From Octopus sinensis (lineage: Eukaryota): a DNA stretch of 64,000 bases. Under the pieces are notes generated by a model. The model was given only the letters and a program-made list of their open reading frames with translations, was not told the DNA's origin and ran no database searches. Position 1 is the stretch's first letter, and each line of letters starts with the position of its first letter. This document shows positions 1-11,776 of this stretch, in pieces. Made by a program: the position numbers and the translations under genes. Location: positions 54,994,001 to 55,058,000 of the forward strand of contig NC_043013.1 in assembly GCF_006345805.1 (NCBI RefSeq), read 5' to 3'.

Positions 1-194
1 ATATATGTTTGTCCCCCCAGCATCGCTTGACAACCGATGCTGGTGTGTTTACATCCCCGTAACCTAGCGGTTCAGCAAAAGAGCCTGATAGAATAAGTAC
101 TAGGCTTACAAAGAATAAGTCCTGGGGTCGATTTGCTTGACTAAAAGGTGGTGCTCCATCATGGCCACAGTCAAATGACTGAAACAAGTAAAAG
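1..194 (+). mobile_element. tRNA-derived SINE family A, 3' half (cut by the window edge)
   Basis: Matches the 3' half of the complete copies at 23175-23611 and 61343-61772 (gcttgacaaccgatgctggtgtgtttac...ctggggtcgatttgc...gtcaaatgactgaaacaagtaaaag). Confidence 0.9.
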
Positions 195-904
195 TGTTAC
201 CCCATTTCTCTAACATGACTATGGTAACTATATTAAAAACAAATGTTGGCATTCAGGTGGACTGTTTATTACCAATCATTAAGGTATTGCTATGCACTGC
301 CTTTCACTCACTTCCTCTATTTTTAGATGACATTCAATTCCAAATAATTGCTTATTTGGTGGGGCCAGTCACAACATATTTCTGAAAATTACTGTATTTC
401 ATAATGTTCCTTGCAGTCTAGTTTCCATAATTCAGCTGTTGACCAAAATACATTCTGTTATCAAGAATAAAGGTTCCCTAAATACAACCACCCCCCACAC
501 ACAAAAAAGCATTAAAAGTGTATCTGAGTAAGGTTATATTTACAGATGTCAGCGTTGTATTTGCGTTATTTTGAGAATTGACAAATAGATATCAACGAGA
601 TCAATACCGAACTGAAATAATATGTTCTGGGGTTGAAGGGATTGATGATAAAAACCCTTGAAAGCCCCAACATGAAACCCCAATATGTCCAGTGGTGTAA
701 ATTAGAAGAAAAATAAAAGAATCACAGCAAGTTTCGTTTTATATTTCCAATAATTTCCTTGATTTCACATAGAAAATTCAAAGATATCAAAAAATACCCA
801 AATTACTGATAATTAATTAATTAACAATTAACCTTCAGTCATTAAAAATAGTAGTTGTTGTTAAACCTTACTAAACCTGCTTCAGCAGTCCTATCATATG
901 TAGA

Positions 905-1110
905 GAGGTGGATTTAGTAGTTATTGTTTAACCACAGGTCAACCCTGTCTGAGTGCACCAATCATCAAAGACTGTTCTGTGGCCTGTATTTTTCTACTTC
1001 TCCATTTCCCAAAATAATTTTGGCATTGTTTAAAATTACAGGTTCTAATTTAAAGAAGATTTAGCTGTTGTATTTGGCAGGTCAACCGATCACATAGAAA
1101 CTCCTCTTCT
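905..1110 (+). repeat. Old dispersed SINE-like repeat (family C)
   Basis: Shares gttgtttagccccaggtca...gatttggctgctatttctagcaggt-like blocks with 9690-9845 (-), 10310-10500 (+), 36855-37010 (-) and 39770-39940 (-). All copies are highly diverged. Confidence 0.55.
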
Positions 1111-1254
1111 GGTGACCCAGCATGTATTAGTGTAGTTTTGGTCATTCAGGTTTAATAAGAGGGATCTTTTAGGTTCAGTCAGTGCAGTTGGTGTAACAAC
1201 TACAATTTCATTATTTACATTTGACAGATATTTGTCCTCATCTTGTTTGTTGTT

Positions 1255-1300
1255 AACAGAACATTTCAGCTGATATACCCTCCAGCCTTCATCAGGGGTC
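1255..1300 (-). ncRNA. Minimal type-I hammerhead ribozyme motif (best stem II, weakened stem I)
   Basis: Minus strand reads GACCC-CTGATGA-A-GGCTG-gagggtatat-CAGCT-GAAA-TGTT-CTGTT. Confidence 0.65.
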
Positions 1301-1585
1301 TTGGGGAAATGTCGAACCTGGGTTCTGGTTCTTAAGGTATTTTTCGATGTTATTATTTTTATTATTATTATTATTATTATTTAGGTCACTGCTTGAAATC
1401 GAACTCAGAATCTTGGGGTTAGTAGCCAGTGCTCTTAACCACAATGGGCATATTGTATAGTGGTTAAGAGCATGGGCTACTAACCCCAAGATTCCAAGTT
1501 AATTCCAGGCAGTGACCTGAAAAATAACAACAACAACAAAAAAAAATACCTTGGGAATGAGAACCCAGATTCGAAATTTCCCCAA

Positions 1586-1628
1586 GATACCTGATGAAAG
1601 CTGGAGGGTGTATCAACCAAAACGTGTT
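1586..1628 (+). ncRNA. Degenerate hammerhead ribozyme motif
   Basis: GATAC-CTGATGA-AAGCTG-gagggtgtat-CAACC-AAAA-CGTGTT. The core GAAA is mutated to AAAA. Confidence 0.5.
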
Positions 1629-2280
1629 AACAACAAAGATGACGACAAATATTCATCAAATGTAAATAATGTACATAATTCCTCATCTCTTAAATATAGA
1701 ACAATTTCTTATATTGAATTAGTGTGATGTGAATAATATTCTGGAATTATTTGTACAGGCAGTGGTGGTGGGAGCCATATAAGATTTCTTCGTTAGAGTT
1801 TAAGAGCAATAAATTTTATCCTTCCACTGTACAGAAAATATTTTAGCAATTTTATAAAAACTGATTGCTAATAATAACTAATTATAAAAACATAATAGGA
1901 TTTCTTTTTTAATAGATTAAAATAGGAATCAAAAGGGATCGATAGGTAAAAAAGAAGGTTAAGAGCCACAGGTTTAGAAAAAGTTGATATAAGAAGTGAA
2001 GCTTAGGATATATAATACTTAAACATTTGCCCAAAAGTGACATTATTCTTATATTACAGACAATTTCAATGTTAGTATTCTATAGTTTTAAAACCAAACT
2101 GAAGTAAATATGCAATAACAATAGCTTTCAGATAAAGAAGGTTCATGAATGCTTAGAATATTAGTTCACCTTCTCCAAGAATGTTAACACCGGAGCTCTC
2201 ATACATTTACAAGAATTACTAATGGTGTGAAATGGTTCTAAAGATTTAATGCCTGATTTTTCTGCAGAAAATAATTGTTA

Positions 2281-3567
2281 CGAGGGACGTTCAATAAGTA
2301 ATGCCTCTGACCCACTTGCAATTGTTGGATCTAGCTGAAATTTTGCATGTGCAATCATTGATATCTCTATAGAGTAAGTGGCAAATTACAGCTCTGAATT
2401 AATTGTGGTTTCTGATTTACAGGTGTTTGAACCGAGTCAAGTGTGAAATGGAGCCTGTTGAGTGTCGAGCAGTGATCCGGTTTTTGTATTTGAAAGGATG
2501 CACACCACGGGAGACTTTTGAAGAAATGAAAGTAACTTATGGTGATGATGCCCCATCATATGACCTTGTAAAACGCTGGCATCGTGAATTCAAACATGGT
2601 CAGAACTCTGTGGAAACAGCTCCTAGATCTGGTCGCCCCTTCTGCCATTGATGAGGCATCTGTCCGTCAAGTTGAGGCTGCCATTTTGGAAGATCGACAC
2701 ATAATTATTCGCCAAATAGCCCATGAGGTCAAGATTAGTACCGGGTCTGTGGAAACTATCATTCATGACCATTTCCATATGCAAAAGGTGTCTGCCAGAT
2801 GGATTCCCAGGTTGCTCACGCCTTTCCAGAAGCAAGAACGCGTCGAGTGCTCGAGGGTGAATTTGGAGATGTGCCAAGAATATGAGTCAAAATTTTTCAA
2901 AAGACTGATTACACAGGATGAAACCTGGGTCCATCACAATGATCCAGAGATCAAAGCCCAGTCAATGCAGTGGAAGCACCATGACTCACCCCCTCCAAAG
3001 AAGGCAAGGGTGCAGCCCTCCGCTGGCAAGGTCATGCTCACAGTCTTCTGGGACCAGGACGGAGTAGTGATGACAGATTTCCTGGCAAAGGGTACCACAA
3101 TTGCAGGAGTCTATTATGCTTCACTTTTGAGGAAATTAAGAGAAGTTATCAAAATCAAGAGGCGGGGCAAGATCAGCAAAGACATCCTCCTCCTGCAGGA
3201 CAGCGCTTCGGTCCACAACTTGCTTGTTGCCAGATCAGAGGCACAGGCGTATGGCTACGAACTCCTCCCCCATCCCCCTACTTTCCTGACCTTGCACCCT
3301 CTGATTTTCACCTCTTCCCAGTCATGAAGTTGTTTTTGAAAGGAAAGCGTTTCCCAGATGATGCAGCCTTGATTTCTGAATTCACGTTCAGGTTGGAGGA
3401 CCAAGCTGGGGTCTTCTACAAAAACGGTCTCCAGAGCTGTATCAAGCGATGGGAGAAATGCGTAACTCTGGGTGGTTCCTATGTAGAAAAAGACTAACTG
3501 TGCCAAGTTTCGTTGCTCTACTGCTATAGGAAGTGGGTCAGGAGCATTACTTATTGAACGCCCCTCG
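2281..3567 (+). mobile_element. Full-length mariner DNA transposon (irritans/Hsmar2-like TIRs), 1287 bp
   Basis: TA target duplications at 2279-2280 and 3568-3569. TIRs CGAGGG(A/G)CGTTCAATAAGTAATGC...GACCCACTT at both ends. Confidence 0.95.
2448..3497 (+). pseudogene. Mariner DD34D transposase with two frameshifts (~2640 and ~3280)
   Basis: MEPVECRAVIRF...PRSGRP / ...ARWIPRLLT...ITQDETW...KVMLTVFWD...LLQDSA...LPHPP / (SP)DLAPSDFHLF...RWEKCVTLGGSYVEKD*. Confidence 0.93.
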
Positions 3568-3869
3568 TACATATGCATGTTTATGTATGATATATGTGGT
3601 GTGTGTATGTTTGTGTGTGTGTGTGTGTGGTGTGTGTGTGTGTGTGTGTGTGTTTGTGCACTCAGGCTTGGTTGTGTACTTCAGTCATGCCTCTAAACTG
3701 AGAAAAATCTTATGAGTGGATTTTGTAGAGAGAAACAGAAGTTCACTATATGTATCTCTGTGTGCAAGCTGGTATGAAAAAGTTCTTAGACTAGTTCTGC
3801 AGCATGCCAACAGATGGCAGTACATGGTTGTGTGCAGAGAGAGAGCCAGCAGTGACCTTCGTGGGGCAG

Positions 3870-4400
3870 TGCACTGAGTGACTTTTTTGAAGGATGTAGG
3901 GCTCAGTTCTATCATCTATAGCTAAATCTCTGACGATTTCTAGCCTTGTATTGTAAATTCTTCTTAATACGTCGTTACTAGCATGTCTATATTTGCTGCG
4001 GAATTCCTTCCTAATCATAGACTTATATAACTCAATATCAACAATATAAATATTACTTGTTTTGTCCCCTGGTACATTCCTGGAGCATTCTTGAAGTCGA
4101 CAAATAATCTTCTAATTTTCTGTTGATGTATATTACACCTTCTAGGGTACTTTCTGGACTTCACATTCTTGACAAAACTATATAATTCTCCCTGAAATCT
4201 AGTTAGATGTTGGTTAGTCAATGGGTTCCTTCTAGATTTGAATATTTTTCTTAATAGGTCACCATGTTCAAGTTTGTCAATGGGTTTAAGCTCCTTGTCA
4301 AAAAAGAAAGCTTTCCACCACATTCTACATTCAAATCGGTTTGTTTTCTCCAAAAGATCATATATTTTATCCTTCCTACTGTGTTTAGGCATGCTTTTAG
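3870..4400 (-). mobile_element. Penelope-like element relic (Naiad-type), N-terminal region upstream of the RT core
   Basis: KIYDLLEKTNRFECRMWWKAFFF...FKSRRNP...FQGELYSFVKNVKSRK..., then (frameshift) KYRHASNDVLRRIY...LAIDDRTEP. This resembles the conserved LIEK-E-FI-RMRWKA-FF / GFKS / FE-DL..LIKNIKF / L-DRIE pattern. Confidence 0.7.
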
Positions 4401-4430
4401 CGAAACATCCAGTGTTATTTCTATACATAT

Positions 4431-4648
4431 ACTCTTTTACTTGTTTCAGTCATTTTGACTGTGTCCATGCTGGAGCATCACCTTTAGTTGAGCAAATCGC
4501 CCCCAGTACTTATCCTTTGTAAGCCTAGTACTTATTCTATCAGTCTCTTTTGCCGAACCACTAAGTTACGGGGAACGTAAACACACCAGCATAAGTTGCC
4601 AAGCGATGTTGGAGGTACACACACACACAAACATATACACACACATGC

Positions 4649-4686
<38 letters not shown>

Positions 4687-4846
4687 GACGGGCTTTCAGT
4701 TTCCGTCTACCAAAATCACTCACAAGGCTCTGGTTGGCCCGAGGCTATAGTAGAAGACACTTGCCCAAGGTGCCACGCAGTGGGACTGGACACGGAATCA
4801 TGTGGCTGGTAAGCAAGCTACTTACCACACAGCCACTCCAGTGCCT
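4431..4846 (-). mobile_element. tRNA-derived SINE family A, full length
   Basis: A-box tggctgtgtggt, internal (TA)n/(TG)n tract and agtaaaagag tail, all on the minus strand. Confidence 0.92.
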
Positions 4847-4878
4847 ATATATATATATCTATACATATATTCATCTAC

Positions 4879-4913
<35 letters not shown>

Positions 4914-5961
4914 GTTTATTCTCCATACTTATAGTGCTCAACCTGTTCTTGGAAGCAGGTAAAGTTTGACAATAAGAAGGGATTCAGCTGCAGAAAGTCC
5001 TGCTTCAATGTATTGCATATAAACGTTAGGAGCATGGAAAAGTGTACAATAAAAGGATGATAAATGAGAATGCGATGCCCTTCACATGCTGCACCTTAAT
5101 CATCAAGTTAATTTACTCTAAATATAATCTATTTGTACAATTACAATTAGCATGTCTAAGAAAATTGAATTGTAAATCACTTAAATCAGTCCCAGGGTAC
5201 CGGTCTTGCATTGTCTTAAATTGGAACTTATCTTAGAAGGTTGTGGCCCACAGAAATTCACTACATTATCAAAGACAATCAAATCTTTGCACAGGTTTCA
5301 TCATTCATACATATGAAACAGGAAGGGAACCGAGACAGATAGTTTCACCATTTTTGGAATAAGGTATAGAAATTGCATCAGTTTGTAATGAATACTTTTC
5401 CTGAGTAAAGCAATATCTTTTAGATCAAAGACATCATATTCAATTTGTTTTTACGTCCCTCTAATGAGGCAGTTTACTCTCCCAGTCATTAGTCTGTGAT
5501 CTGAATCATTAACTCAGCATAATATATTTTTTATTACCTTTCAGCTCCACCCCCATCAATTAAGAATCAACTTATATATCAACCTCAAGCTGCAATGGAA
5601 GCCTACTTTACTATCAAGATGCTCCACTTATTTATTGACTCAAATGTCTTCTGACTGGGAATACCCAGATGCTATGATATACGCAATTCTTAATTTAGAA
5701 ACTCCACATTTATATTAAATCTAAATTTATTTTCTCTAAATTCATGATCTTCTCTCACAGTAGTTTCTCTTCGACAGTTGACATGAAGACATTAATCATA
5801 TTCACATCCAAATAGCTATAATTCAAAATAACTTTTCTGCTTCTGAGTTTCAAAGAAATGTTCCATTGTAATCTAGTTCATATATTTTGGTATGAGAATC
5901 TCTTTCCTTCCCTTTCCATAATATATATGTATATATATATATCTATATATATATATCTATA

Positions 5962-5995
<34 letters not shown>

Positions 5996-7052
5996 CACAT
6001 ACACACATTATGTATTTATATACGTTTATATACGCACACGCGTATACATAGGATAATCTCTGAAAACTTTCCATTTTTGTCTCTGGCATTTCTTTCCATT
6101 CTAATTCTGCTATCAATTTTCTTAATGTTTTCTTCCAATTTCTAAATTGTCTCTTTAAGCTTCAAATTTACTTTTCACTTCATTCTCTATAATTTCCCCC
6201 AATTAAATTAGAATGAAGTTAGAATGTGATAGGAAGTCACTGATGGGAAGAAAATGACAAACTGATTGAATATCTTGGCAACAACGTTAAGCAATTAAAC
6301 TCTTTCTAATTAATACTCCACTGTTTATTCCTTAGCAACACAACATTTTCCCCCCCTCAGCACTATAGCGTTCAAAATGTATGCTACAAGTATTTGGCTG
6401 ATATAAGCTTGACAGGTGTTGAAACTCATTAAAAATTGATTGTCAATTTATAATGCTTAATGAAATTACTTATACAAAAATATGAGCTAATACATATTTT
6501 TTGACAAATCTTTAAAAAAAATTTAATTTAGCATGTATTTCATATAATTTTTAATTAATTGAAATATTTTCCAAAATTCACTAATGAAATATGATGGCAA
6601 TCATAACATCTCACCTGAATCTAAAAAAATATAATACAAGATAAAAATATCTGATCTAGGGGACTAAAAGAAAATGATACTTTTATCGCATTTTCAGATA
6701 TTTCAAATACCTTTACTTCTGAGTGAGTTCACTAAAATTTATAAATATTCCACATTACTAGGGTTTTCAAACGATGTTTTATTTTTCTTTATTCATCCAT
6801 TAATTTCCCCTGCTAGATATTAAAAATTTGAGCTTCTTGAAAACTCTCTATGGTAAGCTTAGACACTTAAAACTTTTCTTAACTCAGGCTAATTATAGCC
6901 TGTTTAGGACTTATTCCTTCATTGAAATTGCTTAGATTGGCTCAGTTTGATCACATGACCCAATATGATCTGGTATTTGAGAAGTCAACAGAGCAACACT
7001 TAGTGTCCATACTGATGTCACTCTTTTACTGAAAAGCTGCCCTGCCGATATC

Positions 7053-7670
7053 TGTCTGTCTACCTACCTACCTACCTACCTACCTACCTACCTACCTACC
7101 TACCTGCCTGCCTGCCTACCTGCCTGCCTACCTACCTGCCTACATACATACATACATACATACATACATACACACATACATACATACATAATACATACAT
7201 ACATACATACATACATACATACATACATACATACACACATACATACATACATACATACATACATACACACATACACACATACACACATACATACATACAT
7301 ACACACATACACACATACATACATACATACATACATACATAATACATACATACATACATACATACACACATACATACATACATACATACATACACACATA
7401 CATACATACATACACACATACACACATACATGCATATATACATACACACATACACACATACATACACACATACATACATACATAATACATACATACATAC
7501 ATACATACATACACACATACATACATACATACATACACACATACACACATACATACACACATACATACATACATAATACATACATACATACATACATACA
7601 TACATACACACATACATACATACATACATACACACATACATGCATATATACAAATCCACATACACACACA
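7053..7670. repeat. Compound tetranucleotide microsatellite (CTAC)n-(CTGC)n-(CATA/CACA)n, ~620 bp
   Basis: Read directly from the sequence. It produces the spurious MYVC-repeat ORFs. Confidence 0.97.
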
Positions 7671-10600
7671 TGCAAACATATATATCTCCATGCTCAGGTA
7701 TCCATAGTAACAAATTATTAATGAGTTCATGTTTAGTTCATCACTAATGTCCTACAAAACGTATCTCTCTCCCTCCCTCCCTCTCTCTCCCTCCTTCCCT
7801 CTAATGACATTACTGATTGCAAGAAAACCGTTGTACCATCTTTGACAAGTTATTTTTTCCCATGTAATGATGCACATTCACACGCACACAGATGAAAATC
7901 CCATCTAGCCTTACCCCCCACCCCAGTCCATCGGTGAGTGTAGGCTCCATGATTTCATAATAGTACAGGAGAAGTTTCTCTTAAGTTTATCTGGAAGTGA
8001 TTACACCAAGATCATTCTGAGGACATCAACAACAATCCCTACTTCCACAAACATATTTTTCATCCTTTTGCAAAGTCCCTTCTTCACTGTACAAATTTTA
8101 GGAAATTTTGTTTGATTCTGATTGTGGAGTCTGTCTAATTGTTGCACATGTATTTAGACTTTGAGGGTTTGAAATAAAGACCAACATCTTCTGCTGCTAA
8201 GAAGAGGGTAATGTCATAATCCACATCTAAGTGATAAGGGGAGGCACATTTTTTCCTCATCTTGTCTGGTAGTTAGTATTTCTGGATTTCATCAGGCAGT
8301 CTGGGTTTGATTCCCAGCATAGAAACACTCGAAAAATTTATGACTATTTATGCTAAAACATTACATAATTTTATTTTTTATACATTTTGCAGGAGCAAAG
8401 AAGATGAAAGATTTCTCAAATTAGCACTATAAAATTTTGAAATATAATATCACAGATATTATTCCTAGAAGAGACATTATATATAGTTTGGCTAATAGCC
8501 ATGATAAGAACCATAGTGTACACCAATTAATGCTGCTTAATCATGCCATGACGAAGATGTTACTTATCTCAATTAAAGAAATAATCACCTGTATTGATTA
8601 AAGAATTTCAACATTAAATGGTCTGCTTTAGCAAGTATCTCAGGTAAATGCCATATTTCTTAACTTTCTACAGTTACATCGCTGCGACTTGAACATTTAT
8701 TTCTCTTTTATTTTCATAATAATAATAATAATAATAATAACAATAAAGATAATAATAATGATGATGATGATGATGATGATGATATAATTAATGGCAGTTC
8801 TACTATGGTTACTTTCGTATGTATTCTTTCACCTATATATATTATCTGTTGAAATCTCTTTAGTGACTAATTATCTAAAATCAATTACTTTATGTTCTAC
8901 TTTTCAAGCCATTCTGTTTGTCCTGAATCAATGACCTAAATAAGTCAATAACAAAATATATTTTTATGTCATTCTTTAATTTGAACATTTTTTTGTTTCT
9001 TATTTATTCTGTTTCCTGAGTATCATCAAATTTGCATGTTTTTATTGTAAAATAGAGTGTTCCCAGGTTTAAACATGCATGCACTTATAGTCTACTGTAA
9101 TCAGTGAAATACATTTATTATTTAAGTGCTCATTAATAAACAATAGTTTTGTTGTTGTTGTTTTTACTTTTCTAGCTAAATTATCAAAAAGTGTCTATTT
9201 TAAGTCATTAATCATTTGTTTCTTTCAATCAGAAAAAAATCTATTATCAAACTACATCAATTTAAAGAAGTCATTTTCAGAAAAACTTCTGATAACTAGG
9301 AAGCAGCCATTTAATGCTATATATTGCTTTTAAATGAGCAGAAAAATGGACATTCTTTTGGCATCATTGAATATTTGAAAGTCATGCAGTAAAAGAGCCA
9401 CCATAATCATCATCACGAGAATCAGTCACAGAATCATTAATGGCCTGTTTAGAATGAATAATTGTGTGATATTTATTATTCTTTGTGATTTTCAGTTTAT
9501 AGAATTCTTGTCTTCTATTCCTTTTTCTTTGTAATTATATTTCATCAAACAATGGTGATGGTCATAAGTGGTTAACATTACATGCTTTCATGTCATTTAT
9601 GGCTTTGGTGTTGGCATCAATTTCACTGTTATTATTAGCAATGAGCCAATGAGCACACCACAAGACAATGAGGGCGTCTGTATGCTCACTCCATTACAAA
9701 TAGCAGCCAAATTTCTCTCAAATTACATTTTACCATCTTAAATAAGGAATGGCATGATACTCTCTACAGAAGACCATTTGGTTGTGGCAGAAATACTTTT
9801 ACTGAAATAATTTAGCTCAATCAAGGTTGACCCAGGGCTAAGCATTATTATCCTCATCATCGACAAAGTATCCAATTTTAAAATAAATAAAGTGTTTTAA
9901 AACATATGGATAGCATTCTATATTTAAATTACATGAAGTCACTTTTGCTCTTCATTTGTATCGTTGAGTCTCCCAGAGAAACATATTAACTCTCCCAACT
10001 TAGTGTTTCCTGATAATTTTAGACTTCAAGCTTGGCAGAAGGAAGAAAAATAAACAAACAGGAAGCTCTTAGGAGTGTTTCTGCATGAAAATGCCTTTAT
10101 GGAGTCATAACAAGCCACATCTGGAAACAGATATCTTATATGAAAAGAAATTTAAACGGATTTAATTAATATTATTAATTAAAATATTCTGGTAGAGATA
10201 AATCAAATTCAGCAATAATGAAGTGACTCCATGCCTCATTTGCAGCAGCAAATTTCTATTTTAATCCTATTTTTCCCTTTTGTTCAGCCAAATTAAATTT
10301 ATTTCCCATTTTGACAATGTTGTTGTTTAGAACTAGAACAGCTCCAAATAAACAGACACTCCAGCCATGACTATCCTGATTTGCAAATCTAGGACTACAT
10401 TCTCCTATGTGTCCTTTATTTTATTAATATAGATGGTATAACTTATGGAAGATTTGGCTGCTATTTTTAGCAGGTTGATCAATCAAACAGTAGATCCATT
10501 ATTGATTTGATTGTGAAAATGTTGGCATGATAATTAATAATCTAGAGATGAGTTCAATGTACAGTACTCTCTACAGAAACAGTTATGTCTTGTTGAAATA

Positions 10601-10899
10601 AGCTGATATTATTAAGCTTATTGTCAGGTGTCAGATGAAATGAAAATTTGACTCAATTAATTGTTAAATTCAATTAAAATCAGTTGTGTTATTAGCCTTG
10701 CTCTTCAAAGGGATTATTAAATGATATATCAAGAAATAGGGTGACAGCAGCATATTAAAGAAATATGAAGGGTAACAGGAGCACACATCAGCTGGAAGAG
10801 ATTAAGATTGTAACACTGCTCATAGAGAGGCAACAGCACACTGCCTGGCCAGCATTTGTCATTGGACCAAGAATTCCCTTAAGGTGCGTGGGGTGTGGA

Positions 10900-11200
10900 T
10901 GAAAACTGAGACATAGAAATGAGCAAGGTATCTAGTCACATCATGAAATGAACCAGGAGGCATCTATTACTGAAAGCAGAATTGACAAATGCTTGCATCC
11001 ATAAAACATTTCTACCTGAATGTTCGGCCACATTTTGGGCTGCATCTGACTTGGTTGGAATGCTTTTTGTGGAAAAGATGGGTTCCACAGCTCAGAAATG
11101 TCAGCTGCAGCAACGAACCTCCTCTGCAAAGATATCTTTGGACAATGTGGTTAATGATGCAAATCTACAGAGACACTAAGTAGATGTAGTCACCTAATCA
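10900..11200 (+). mobile_element. Ancient CR1/L2-type LINE C-terminal fragment
   Basis: FYLNVRPHF...KRWVPQLRNVSC resembles LY..LVRPHLEY...KLVPELRNLSY. Heavily decayed. Confidence 0.4.
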
Positions 11201-11776
11201 TGAGGTACAGCCCTCCATAGTGTTTTTCCAGTTATAAAAAGAGCAAACTAACTGGGTAGCTATTTCAATGGAGCCCTTATCCTTCAGCTTCCAAATAATA
11301 ATGATCCTTGCATGGAAGAGCTGGGGTGAGGAAGTATTCCAACCCCATTACAAATATTGGTCTGTAGGTCAGTGTACAACACACACACACACACACCATA
11401 CACACACATCATACATGCACACATGCATGCAGACACACACCCATGCACACTCATAGACACACGTGTATAGTCTGACCCACATATAAGCATGGAGGAATGG
11501 ACATTAAAATGATGCACACACACACACAAAACACATATACAGAAAGAAAAATATGCAAGAAAGGAAGAGAAGGTAAGGGAGGGGTGGGGGGATGTAAAAG
11601 ATGAATGTCAAAGACAGAATACCAAATGAAGTGTATAAAGCGGCAAACTGAAGTATTCTTCAACCGCCAAAGAAAAAGATACTAAATCTTTTCAGAGTTA
11701 GAAATTACCAGTGGAATTATTGTAAAATGGTTTCATTAATTCGCTGCTTTCTACTCAAAATTACTTTTAACTGCAG

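Larger units (their letters stand above)
1209..1702. mobile_element. Palindromic non-autonomous element: tRNA-like head + PLE-type terminal repeat with hammerhead ribozyme (copy 1)
   Basis: Inverted arms at ~1209-1445 and ~1458-1671. Each arm has a tRNA-like head, a (TAA/CAA)n linker and CTGATGA...(G/A)AAA. It ends in ctcttaaatatagaac, like the copies at 29528 and 50959. Confidence 0.8.

Noticed and set aside
1446-1517. Functional tRNA gene (also the SINE heads at 23175, 36623, 61343 and 29703-29777)
   Set aside because: A/B boxes are present but the acceptor and anticodon stems do not pair properly, so these are tRNA-derived heads only.
4532-4934. ORFs rich in YI/HT/CV overlapping SINEs (also 16288-17160, 23152-23678, 61273-61629, 63388-63991)
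   Set aside because: Products of SINE bodies and (TA)n/(TG)n tracts.
7100-7730. Three ~190-aa ORFs (MYVC repeats)
   Set aside because: They are translations of a (TATG)n microsatellite, which lacks stop codons on that strand.
6361-8433. Extra plus-strand exon candidates (6361-6415, 6817-6852, 8393-8433)
   Set aside because: They could not be chained to the 11777 model without a stop or phase clash, and one donor is weak.
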